DNA of 46,533 bases, taken from a virus. The DNA lies in the IMG/VR virus record IMGVR_UViG_3300015209_000001, positions 1 through 46,533 of that record. One strand, given 5' to 3'. Positions 40,406-46,533 of the stretch are shown here, piece after piece; the stretch's first letter is position 1, and each line of letters begins with the position of its first letter. A program made the translations under genes and the position numbers. The notes under the pieces are model-generated. The model was not told where the DNA came from. It did no database searches and was given only the letters and a program-made list of their open reading frames with translations.

Positions 40406-41851
40406 ATGCCGCGCCGCGCCCGCTTCTTCATCCAGCCCTGCGAGTGCGGAGGAACGTGTGGGGGCTGCGACGAGGAGACGGTAACCGCCGCCATCGAGGG
40501 AACGACCGCCGCGGTTGGTGATCCGCCAGCTGACGGCCCCCTGCCGGAGCGGTGGCACGCCGTGGTCCTGCTCGAAGGGCTGAGGACCGGCGACCACCGC
40601 GCCATCCGGCCGATGGCCCTGGAGTTCCGTGACCTCCCCCTGCCCCTGTGGGCCCAGGCACGCAACTCCTCCCACTTCGACGCCCCGTTGGTTGGCTCGA
40701 TCGAGACGCTGGAGCGGGTGGAGTGGGACGCGGTGCCGGGAGTGCAGCTCATCATGGGCACCGGGACCTTCGACCTCGGAGGGACCGAGGGCCAGGAAGC
40801 GGCTCGTCTCGTGCGCGACCAAGTGCTTCGGTGGGGATCGGCCGACATCGACGTGTTCGCCTCCGAGGTCATGGGCACGCCACCGTGGGCCGAGGACGGG
40901 CTCGACATCATCCTTGGCGGAGCTGACGTGGAGGACTGGTGGGAGGAGATCACCTCCGGGCGGGTGGCCGGCTTCACCCTGCACCCCCACCCCGCCTTCC
41001 AGCAGTGCGTCGTGGCCCCCGACTCCGTGGAGTTGGAGATCCCCGCCCCCATCGAGACCGAGGGCGCCACTCTTCCGGGCCTCATCGCCGCCTCCACCCC
41101 TGCCGAGCCCCCCTCTGGGTGGTTCGCTGACCCGTCCCTCGACGCTCCCACGCCCCTTCGTGTCGGAGACGACGGGCGGGTGTGGGGCCACATCGCCACG
41201 TGGAGAACCTGTCACACCGGCCTCCTACGCTCCGGCTGCACGCGCCCCCCGCGCTCCAGCCTCAACTACGAGCCCTTCCACTCCGGCGGCTTCGTCCAGA
41301 CCGACTCCGGAGCCGTGCGGGTGGGGCACCTGACGATGGACGGCGGACATGCGGAGCTGCCCTTCGACGCCCGGAGGACGCGGCGCCACTACGACGACTC
41401 GACCACGGTCTGGGCCAACGTGCGCGCCGGTGAGGACGCCCTCGGCATCTGGGTAGCAGGAGCGGTTGCGCCGGGGATCACCACCGAGCAGATCATGCGT
41501 GCCCGCTCCCTGGCCGTGTCAGGCGACTGGAGGGCGTGGCCCGGCGCCGGCCTGGAACTGATCGCCGCGCTGTCGGTTCCCGTACCGGGATTCCCGGTAT
41601 CGATGGCCGCAGGGGCCGAGCAGATGGTGGAAGTGCGCCCGCGGGCCCGGCTGGTGGACGACGAGCCCATGGCCCTGGTGGCCGCGGGGATGCTCGCCCC
41701 TGCCCGGCACGAGGGACTGACGGCGGCGGCGGTGCAGGCCATCGTGGACCGCTCGGTGGCTGACCTCCGGGCTTCGTTGCTGGTCCTTGACCCCCTCGTC
41801 ACCGCGTCGCTGGTGGCCGAGATGGACACCCTGGTCGCCGCATCGCCGTGA
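40406..41851 (+). CDS. capsid maturation protease (actinophage type)
   Basis: DGRVWGHIATWRTCHTG..C..PP.S...Y..FH.G...T..G...VGHLT..GGHA...........HYDDSTTVWA.VRAGEDALGIWVAGAV.PG......RA..LAVSGDWR matches the family as I recall it. TACGAT box lies 7 nt before the ATG. Confidence 0.6.
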   Translation: MPRRARFFIQPCECGGTCGGCDEETVTAAIEGTTAAVGDPPADGPLPERWHAVVLLEGLRTGDHRAIRPMALEFRDLPLPLWAQARNSSHFDAPLVGSIETLERVEWDAVPGVQLIMGTGTFDLGGTEGQEAARLVRDQVLRWGSADIDVFASEVMGTPPWAEDGLDIILGGADVEDWWEEITSGRVAGFTLHPHPAFQQCVVAPDSVELEIPAPIETEGATLPGLIAASTPAEPPSGWFADPSLDAPTPLRVGDDGRVWGHIATWRTCHTGLLRSGCTRPPRSSLNYEPFHSGGFVQTDSGAVRVGHLTMDGGHAELPFDARRTRRHYDDSTTVWANVRAGEDALGIWVAGAVAPGITTEQIMRARSLAVSGDWRAWPGAGLELIAALSVPVPGFPVSMAAGAEQMVEVRPRARLVDDEPMALVAAGMLAPARHEGLTAAAVQAIVDRSVADLRASLLVLDPLVTASLVAEMDTLVAASP

Positions 41852-42063
41852 GCGACCACGGCACGCGCACGAGCTACACCCACGGGGGCTGTCGCGAGGC
41901 GTGCTGCCAGAAGCCCAACGCCGAGTACGTGGCCTCCTACCGGGCCAAGACCCGCCGCCAGTCCTCGGTCAAGCCCGCCCCCTCCGCCGCTCCGCGGGGG
42001 GAGCGGATGACGCCGTGGGAGCAGCAGCTACGGCGAGCGGCGGCTGAGTCAGCCGACTGGTAG
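41848..42063 (+). CDS. hypothetical protein (71 aa) with an HGTRTSYTHGGCREACC motif
   Basis: GTGA overlap. Its 3' end overlaps the convergent gene 42049-42303 by 15 nt. Confidence 0.45.
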   Translation: MSDHGTRTSYTHGGCREACCQKPNAEYVASYRAKTRRQSSVKPAPSAAPRGERMTPWEQQLRRAAAESADW

Positions 42064-42303
42064 CCGAGCGGGGCGAACCTCGGTGGTGCTCACCGTGAGG
42101 CCCCACCCGCAGGGCAGGCAGAACACCGAGTGCGTCTCCGTCGTCGCTCCGTACCCGCCGTGTCGGAACAGCGCCGGCTGGTCCATCGTCACCTCGTGCA
42201 GCGCACCGCCGCACATCGGGCACGCGCTGCGGTCGATGGGCACCAGTGCCCGGCTCCCTGCCCAGCGGACCTTGGGGGCCACGTCGATGAGGCGAGCGGG
42301 CAT
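42049..42303 (-). CDS. zinc-ribbon protein (84 aa), last gene of the reverse-strand island
   Basis: CPMCGG..CLPCGWG. Very high GC3. ATG lies 6 nt after a minus-strand motif copy. Confidence 0.6.
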   Translation of the reverse strand: MPARLIDVAPKVRWAGSRALVPIDRSACPMCGGALHEVTMDQPALFRHGGYGATTETHSVFCLPCGWGLTVSTTEVRPARLPVG

Positions 42304-42309
42304 GGACGG

Positions 42310-42325
42310 AAGGTAGGGCGGTTAG
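42310..42325 (-). promoter_or_regulatory. Minus-strand motif copy CTAACCGCCCTACCTT (-10 TACCTT)
   Basis: Reverse complement of aaggtagggcggttag. ATG 42303 follows after 6 nt (leaderless). Confidence 0.5.
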
Positions 42326-42331
42326 TTGCCC

Positions 42332-42622
42332 TCATCGGCCGTGGTGTACGGCCGTCCACAAAGACTGGATGGCTTCGCCCGCTGTCGGAGCGTGCCTGTT
42401 GATCCCGTTGGGGAACCCGTCGTAGATGTTGAACGGCGGGTTGCTCTCCTCAGGCAGGGCCAGAAGCCCGCTTGCCAGCCCTTGTCCCGATGCGCCGTCG
42501 CGGTCGAGCAGTGCGGCCCCGGCCATCCATCCGCCATCGGGCCACGGCCAAACGGCTACGACCACGGCATAGTCGGGCAGCCCAACCATGCGTTCCACGA
42601 GAGCCCAATCCGGGGGGGTCAT
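42332..42622 (-). CDS. hypothetical protein (96 aa)
   Basis: ATG 42622 overlaps the upstream stop (TGATG). Product MTPPDWALVERMVGLPDYAVV...ESNPPFNIYDGFPNG. Replaces the 154-aa ORF-track model (see rejected list). Confidence 0.55.
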   Translation of the reverse strand: MTPPDWALVERMVGLPDYAVVVAVWPWPDGGWMAGAALLDRDGASGQGLASGLLALPEESNPPFNIYDGFPNGINRHAPTAGEAIQSLWTAVHHGR

Positions 42623-42948
42623 CACTCGTTCGACCACTCGGTCGACAGGAACCGGATGGGCCCACGCTGTGCCGTAAACGTCGGCAGGTCCATCCTCGGA
42701 GCGCAGCCCTCGTGGAACCACACCCCGTCGCCCATGGCGAACGGGTTCAGCCACCCGGGCGTGACCCAAGGCGGTTTCCGGAGCGGCAGGTGGCATCCCG
42801 ATAGCTGCGGTGGGACCCGACGACGCTTGCCAGCGAACCGCCCTGAGCTGTGCACGACCGCCACCGTCGGCGGCCCGCCGCAGAGCGCGGCCGGATCGGG
42901 CTCGGAGAACTTAGTGATCGGAAAGCAGAGACCCCGACTGACGGTCAC
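42622..42948 (-). CDS. hypothetical protein (108 aa)
   Basis: GTG 42948 overlaps the upstream stop (GTGA). By hand count, about 50 of 57 codons end in G/C in this frame versus 34 of 58 in the competing frame across 42622-42796. Confidence 0.5.
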   Translation of the reverse strand: MTVSRGLCFPITKFSEPDPAALCGGPPTVAVVHSSGRFAGKRRRVPPQLSGCHLPLRKPPWVTPGWLNPFAMGDGVWFHEGCAPRMDLPTFTAQRGPIRFLSTEWSNE

Positions 42949-43097
42949 GTCCGACCTTGGGTGGGATGCCGGTCGCCGCACGCGACGTAGTCGAGCTGGC
43001 CGTCCCAATGCTGGCCGTAGTCGGGCCAGATCAGGCTCTCAGGCCAGGCACTCAGGCCAGGCGGTAGCACGGTAGCCCCCACGATCCTGGCGTTCAC
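42945..43097 (-). CDS. hypothetical protein (50 aa)
   Basis: GTGA overlaps at both ends. GC3 is high by hand count. Contains DNA direct repeats. Confidence 0.35.
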   Translation of the reverse strand: MNARIVGATVLPPGLSAWPESLIWPDYGQHWDGQLDYVACGDRHPTQGRT

Positions 43098-43105
43098 GAT
43101 CCTGG
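43038..43105. repeat. Short direct repeats: CTCAGGCCAGGC x2 (43038-43049, 43051-43062; 13-nt period) and CACGATCCTGG x2 (43080-43090, 43095-43105; 15-nt period)
   Basis: Read directly on the + strand. The 13-nt period is not a multiple of three, so this is a DNA-level rather than a protein-level repeat. Confidence 0.7.
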
Positions 43106-43225
43106 GTATCTCGCCATCGCCCGACCATGCGACCGGCTCGGGCCGACCCAGCGGACCTTGCCGTCGCTGCGAGTGGTGCGCACGAAGAAAGTGGGCTTGC
43201 GGGTGGTGGTCTGTGTCGTCGTCAT
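43094..43225 (-). CDS. hypothetical protein (43 aa), leaderless first gene of the reverse operon
   Basis: ATG 43225 lies 6 nt after a minus-strand TAGGGT -10. Product MTTTQTTTRKPTFFVRTTRSDGKVRW... GC3 is very high for the first ~32 codons. Confidence 0.4.
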   Translation of the reverse strand: MTTTQTTTRKPTFFVRTTRSDGKVRWVGPSRSHGRAMARYPGS

Positions 43226-43231
43226 GACCCC

Positions 43232-43260
43232 ACCCTAACCGCGCTATGATCAGGAGTCAA
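43232..43260 (-). promoter_or_regulatory. Minus-strand promoter TTGACT-N17-TAGGGT driving the reverse operon
   Basis: -35 is the complement of 43255-43260 and -10 is the complement of 43232-43237. Then 6 nt to ATG 43225. Confidence 0.6.
43235..43250 (+). promoter_or_regulatory. Motif copy CTAACCGCGCTATGAT (-10 TATGAT) facing the capsid genes, overlapping the minus-strand promoter
   Basis: Same 16-nt motif as the other copies. The next + strand gene starts at 43492. Confidence 0.5.
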
Positions 43261-43491
43261 GAGGTTCGAGGTGGCGCTCGCTGGAAGCACGGCATGACTT
43301 GGCTTCGTTGACGACCTGCGTGGCCCGGTTCTACATCGACGACCTGATGGATACTCTGCGCTCGGTGCCGAGGTAGAAAAATCGCCCGACCTTGTGTTAC
43401 GGCCACACTGAGAGGGCCGACTCGACCTCGTTGAGCGGATGTCACGGGACCTCGTCCCAGCCCCGCCCCTGCGATTCCAAGAGGTAGCCCC

Positions 43492-45198
43492 GTGGACAAC
43501 ATCGAGATCCCCGCCCTTCCCGAGAACCTGGCCGAGCTGAGCGATGAGGACATCGCCGAGCTGGCCGCACAGATCGCCGCCACCTTCGGCGAGGTGCGCG
43601 AGGCCGATCCCTCCCCCGAGCGGACCGCAGCCATGCGGACCCTGGTGGAGTCCGCACGCACGATCACCACCGCGCAGGGCGAGAGGGCCGAGGCATCGCG
43701 CCTGATGGCCGAGGAAGCCGCCACCCTGGAAGCGGAGATGGCCGCCCTGAGCGACACCGGCACCCCCGACGAGCCCGAGGGCGAGCCGGAGCCCGAAGCC
43801 ACCCCCGAGCCCGTGGAGGTCACCACGACCGTCCCCGTGGCCCCTGCCCAGACGGCGAGCGCACGGGTGCCTGCCGTGGCACGAAGGGTGCCGGCCAACC
43901 GCCAGCCCCGCGCCGTGCCCTCCGGGCCGCGGGTGTCGATCACCGCGGGAGCAGACGTGCCCGGGTTCGGGATCGGCCAGCGCCTCGCCGGCATGGACGA
44001 GATCGTGACGGCCATGGTGGCGCGCTCCGAGCAGCTCGGCAGTGCCTCCCGGGGCGTGGACGAGAAGGTGGTCGTCGCCTCGATCCACCTGGACATCCCC
44101 TCCGAGCGGATGCTGTCGCCCATGCACTCCGAGCGGGCCAACTCCCGCATGGTGCGCGACGCCATCGATCGCACCAACATGCGCGACGTCAACGCCCTGA
44201 CCGCCGCGGGTGGTCTGTGCGCCCCCGTGGGGACGTTCTACGACCAGCTCAACGTCGGCAACACCGGCGAGCCCGTGGGCGATGCACTCCCCGGCTTCGG
44301 GGCTGAGCGCGGCGGTATCCGCTTCGTGCCCGGTCCGGCCCTGTCCTCGATCACCGGCAGCGTGGCGACCCTCACCGCGGCGATCGACCTGGCCGGCGGC
44401 GCCCCGGCCGTCAAGACCTGCCTCAACGTGGCCTGCGATGCCATCGTGGAGGTGGACACCGTGGCCATCTACTCCTGCCTGGAGTTCAACAACTGGGGCG
44501 CCCTCACGTTCCCCGAGCGGGTGGAGGCCCAGACGCAGCTTGCGCTGGTTCAGGCCGCCCGCGTGTCCGAGCAGGTGCGCCTCGACGGCATCGCCGCCGG
44601 GTCGCTGGCTGTCAACCGCACCTCGCCGCTCGGATCGGTGCGGGAGTTCACCGCGGCGCTGGCTTCGGCCGCTGCCGGCATCCGCTCGCGCAACCGCCTC
44701 GCGCCCGACTACGTGCTCGACCTCTACGCCCCGTCGTGGACCCCGGCCCTGTTCGACGCCGACTGGGCCGCGGGACAGTTCCTCAACCCCTCCGACGCTC
44801 CCTCCGCGGGAGAGATCGCCGCTGACCTCGCCGGCCTCGGCATCCGGGTGACGTGGTACTTCGACTCCAAGACCGCCGGCTCCCAGGTCTTCGCGGCGCA
44901 GAGCGCGGGCGTGCTCAACGCCTTCCCGACCAACTGCCTGATGTACCTGCACGTCCCCGGCACCTTCGTCGGCCTCCAGGGCGCCACGCTCAACATCGGC
45001 CTCATCCGGGACTCGGCGCTGACCATGGGCTCGGGCACCTCTCCCGGCAACCGCTACCGGGTGTTCACCGAGACGTGGGCGAATGTCGCCAAGGTCTCGA
45101 ACCTGGAAGCCCTCGAAATCTCCATCCCCTCCTGCCCGACCGGCACGACCGGCGCACCTTCGGCCACCGCCCTTACCTGCGCCACCGTTCAGGCGTAG
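43492..45198 (+). CDS. major capsid protein candidate with an N-terminal scaffold/delta-like domain (568 aa)
   Basis: AAGAGG RBS, GTG start. N-terminal ~150 aa are helical and acidic with a Pro/Glu linker (scaffold-like). The remainder has ..TAAGGLCAPV..ERGGIRF..IGLIRDSALT..NRYRVFTETW, which I recall from actinophage capsid proteins. Confidence 0.65.
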   Translation: MDNIEIPALPENLAELSDEDIAELAAQIAATFGEVREADPSPERTAAMRTLVESARTITTAQGERAEASRLMAEEAATLEAEMAALSDTGTPDEPEGEPEPEATPEPVEVTTTVPVAPAQTASARVPAVARRVPANRQPRAVPSGPRVSITAGADVPGFGIGQRLAGMDEIVTAMVARSEQLGSASRGVDEKVVVASIHLDIPSERMLSPMHSERANSRMVRDAIDRTNMRDVNALTAAGGLCAPVGTFYDQLNVGNTGEPVGDALPGFGAERGGIRFVPGPALSSITGSVATLTAAIDLAGGAPAVKTCLNVACDAIVEVDTVAIYSCLEFNNWGALTFPERVEAQTQLALVQAARVSEQVRLDGIAAGSLAVNRTSPLGSVREFTAALASAAAGIRSRNRLAPDYVLDLYAPSWTPALFDADWAAGQFLNPSDAPSAGEIAADLAGLGIRVTWYFDSKTAGSQVFAAQSAGVLNAFPTNCLMYLHVPGTFVGLQGATLNIGLIRDSALTMGSGTSPGNRYRVFTETWANVAKVSNLEALEISIPSCPTGTTGAPSATALTCATVQA

Positions 45199-45201
45199 TC
45201 G

Positions 45202-46098
45202 GTGGAGCAGTCCACGCTCGCCCGGGTTCCTCACTCCGCCGATTGGTCGGAGTGGGTGGCCCGGGACGCGGCACTTGTCGCAGGGGTGGGGCCGGAGTCC
45301 GTCATCGACGGCCCGCCCCAGTTCGCCCAGCCCTTCGGGCTCATCGCCTCGGCCACCACGGTCGACCACGGCGACCACGAGTGGATGGGCGGGATGCGCC
45401 TCACCCCGGAGTCCTGCCAGGGGATCGACATGTGGGCGCCGTGCTCCTCCTCCCAACTCACCAGCGGCCGCAACCGCGCCGCCATCTACTCCTACGACCC
45501 GTTTGTGGGCATGGTGCGCGACGAGTGCGGGACCTGGGGGTGGGAGGCCCAGGACTACGAGGGCCGCGCCCGTCGTCGCTTGGCCGCCATCGAGTCCTTC
45601 GGCGTAGAGGCGGAGTTCTGGACCGGCACGCTGACCGCGGCCAACCCGCATCTTGCAGCAGCAACAGCGACGACCCTCGGCACCGGCCTCGGCCTGGCCC
45701 GGGGTCTGGCCCTTCTCGTTCAGGGCCTCGCTACCAACCTCGTCGGACGGGGCATGATCCACGCCCGGCCCTACCTCGTGGAGTTGTGGCAGGCCGGAGG
45801 ACACCTCATGGAGCGCCAGGGCAGGCTCACCACCATCGGAGGCCACGTGGTGGTCCCCGGAGGGGGATACACCGGCTCCTCGCCTGCGGGAGTGGCTCCT
45901 GCGGGGACCCTGGAGTACGCCTACGCCACGGACTGGATCATCGTCGACCGCTCCCCCGTGCAGGTCTTCGAGGGCGACATGGGCGAGGCGACCGACGAGT
46001 CGAACAACATCGTCGCCTTCCGTGCCCAGCGTGGCTACGGCATCCGCTGGAACCGCTGCGCGCACCTCGCCGCCCAGATCGACACGGCCGTAGCGTGA
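45202..46098 (+). CDS. second capsid-fold (HK97/encapsulin-like) protein candidate (298 aa)
   Basis: AAIESFGVEAEFWTG...GMIHARPYLVELW...GRLTTIGGHVVVPGGGY...NNIVAFRAQRGYGIRW parallels the A/P-domain pattern of HK97-fold proteins. Assigned by pattern only. Confidence 0.45.
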   Translation: MEQSTLARVPHSADWSEWVARDAALVAGVGPESVIDGPPQFAQPFGLIASATTVDHGDHEWMGGMRLTPESCQGIDMWAPCSSSQLTSGRNRAAIYSYDPFVGMVRDECGTWGWEAQDYEGRARRRLAAIESFGVEAEFWTGTLTAANPHLAAATATTLGTGLGLARGLALLVQGLATNLVGRGMIHARPYLVELWQAGGHLMERQGRLTTIGGHVVVPGGGYTGSSPAGVAPAGTLEYAYATDWIIVDRSPVQVFEGDMGEATDESNNIVAFRAQRGYGIRWNRCAHLAAQIDTAVA

Positions 46099-46120
46099 CC
46101 CCCGACAGTAGGAGCTTCTC

Positions 46121-46533
46121 GTGGCAAACCTGACCGGCCCTGTCTCCATCCGGGGCATCGTGGCCCGCTTCGCACGTCTCGACGCCGCCGGGCTGACGCC
46201 TGCGGGAGCGACCAACGGCTACATCATCAAGTTCGTGCAGTTGGTCCTCACCCCGGAGTACCGCGAGGGGGAGGACTTCGAGGTCAAGCTGGCCGACGGG
46301 TCCCGCTGCGTCGACGCACAGGAGCACGCCGTACCCCGAAGGGTGGGCCTGGAGCTCCAGGTGTGCAACCCCGACGCCGAGCTTCACGAGCTGCTGGCCG
46401 GCTACACCCTGTCCACCGTCTCCACCGATACTGTCGGCGCCGCCTTCCCCGCGGTGGGAGTCGACCCCACCCCCAACGGCGTGAGCATCGAGGCGTGGTC
46501 GAAGCGTTCCAACAGCGACCTCTCCGCTCCCTC
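46121..46533 (+). CDS. 5' part of the wrap-around structural gene (continues at 100 / equivalently 1-346)
   Basis: GTG 46121 with GGAG 7 nt upstream. The frame stays open to the window end and runs in frame into 1-346. Confidence 0.6.
   Translation, partial: MANLTGPVSIRGIVARFARLDAAGLTPAGATNGYIIKFVQLVLTPEYREGEDFEVKLADGSRCVDAQEHAVPRRVGLELQVCNPDAELHELLAGYTLSTVSTDTVGAAFPAVGVDPTPNGVSIEAWSKRSNSDLSAP
46435..46533. repeat. Terminal direct repeat, identical to 1-99
   Basis: Read directly. 99/99 identity. Confidence 0.95.

Noticed and set aside
42332-42796. ORF-track model of a single 154-aa minus-strand protein
   Set aside because: Across 42622-42796 this frame has only about 34 of 58 codons ending in G/C, against about 50 of 57 in the overlapping frame (hand count). 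A TGATG stop-start junction at 42622 fits the genome-wide coupling pattern. I therefore split the region into 42622-42948 and 42332-42622.
42400-42870. GGPP (ALCGGPPTVAVVHSSG) and NPPF (ESNPPFNI) motifs in the reverse-operon proteins as remnants of DNA methyltransferase motif IV
   Set aside because: These are isolated tetrapeptides in 96- and 108-aa proteins with no other methyltransferase motifs nearby. This is too weak to call without a profile search.
43262-43290. tRNA-like T-arm string GGTTCGAGG (a similar string occurs near 2826)
   Set aside because: No acceptor stem, D-arm or anticodon arm can be drawn around either occurrence. One lies inside a coding region.
43222-46215. 997-aa ORF on the minus strand covering the whole capsid region
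   Set aside because: It is antisense to two well-supported + strand genes. Its product is Gly/Arg/Pro/Ala-rich low-complexity sequence, typical of spurious antisense ORFs in high-GC DNA. Its frame does not show the G/C third-position bias seen in the + strand genes.
1-46533. Search by eye for integrase/recombinase, CI-like repressor, CRISPR repeats, reverse transcriptase (DGR or retron), tRNA and rRNA genes
   Set aside because: I recognised none in any frame. Absence of an integrase suggests a virulent or non-integrating lifestyle. This is a negative result from visual inspection only and needs profile searches.

Overview
The window is a complete phage genome that closes on itself. Bases 1-99 are identical to 46435-46533, leaving 46,434 unique nt. 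It is clearly high-GC and looks like a siphovirus-type actinobacteriophage. Evidence for an actinobacterial host: a WhiB-like regulator, an Rpf-like lipoprotein, TAnnnT -10 boxes, and many leaderless starts.

Gene order in window coordinates:
- 46121 to 4920 (across the junction): structural genes of uncertain role, including a fibre-like protein with a C-terminal esterase domain.
- 5006-6976: head-tail connectors.
- 7464-13147: tail assembly chaperones with a -1 frameshift, tape measure, distal tail, hub and receptor-binding-like proteins.
- 13526-16949: an unusual lysis cassette with two peptidases, several membrane proteins, a GAF-domain protein and a collagen-like membrane protein.
- 17670-33530: early, recombination and replication genes. 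These include SNase-like, Gam-like, Erf-like, ASCH, replication initiator, DnaB-like helicase, VRR-NUC, WhiB and MerR proteins, and a broken DNA methyltransferase.
- 33597-46098: terminase small and large subunits, portal, MuF-like protein, capsid protease and two capsid-fold proteins.

Almost all genes are on the + strand and are chained by GTGA/ATGA start-stop overlaps. The exceptions are one HNH gene and two reverse-strand cassettes, at 36597-37606 and 42049-43225, which interrupt the packaging and head modules. I saw no integrase, tRNA, rRNA or CRISPR array.

Most notable observations:
- A conserved 16-nt promoter/operator-like motif occurs in about ten copies.
- A reverse-strand, translationally coupled operon sits behind face-to-face promoters inside the capsid module.
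- A stand-alone GAF protein lies inside the lysis cassette.
- The DNA methyltransferase is broken exactly at its SPPY motif by 8 nt and also carries a nested HNH gene.
- Six to seven HNH endonuclease genes are present.
- No tail tube gene sits at the canonical position; a membrane-protein moron is there instead.

All functional calls come from motifs read by eye and recalled family signatures. No database search was run.
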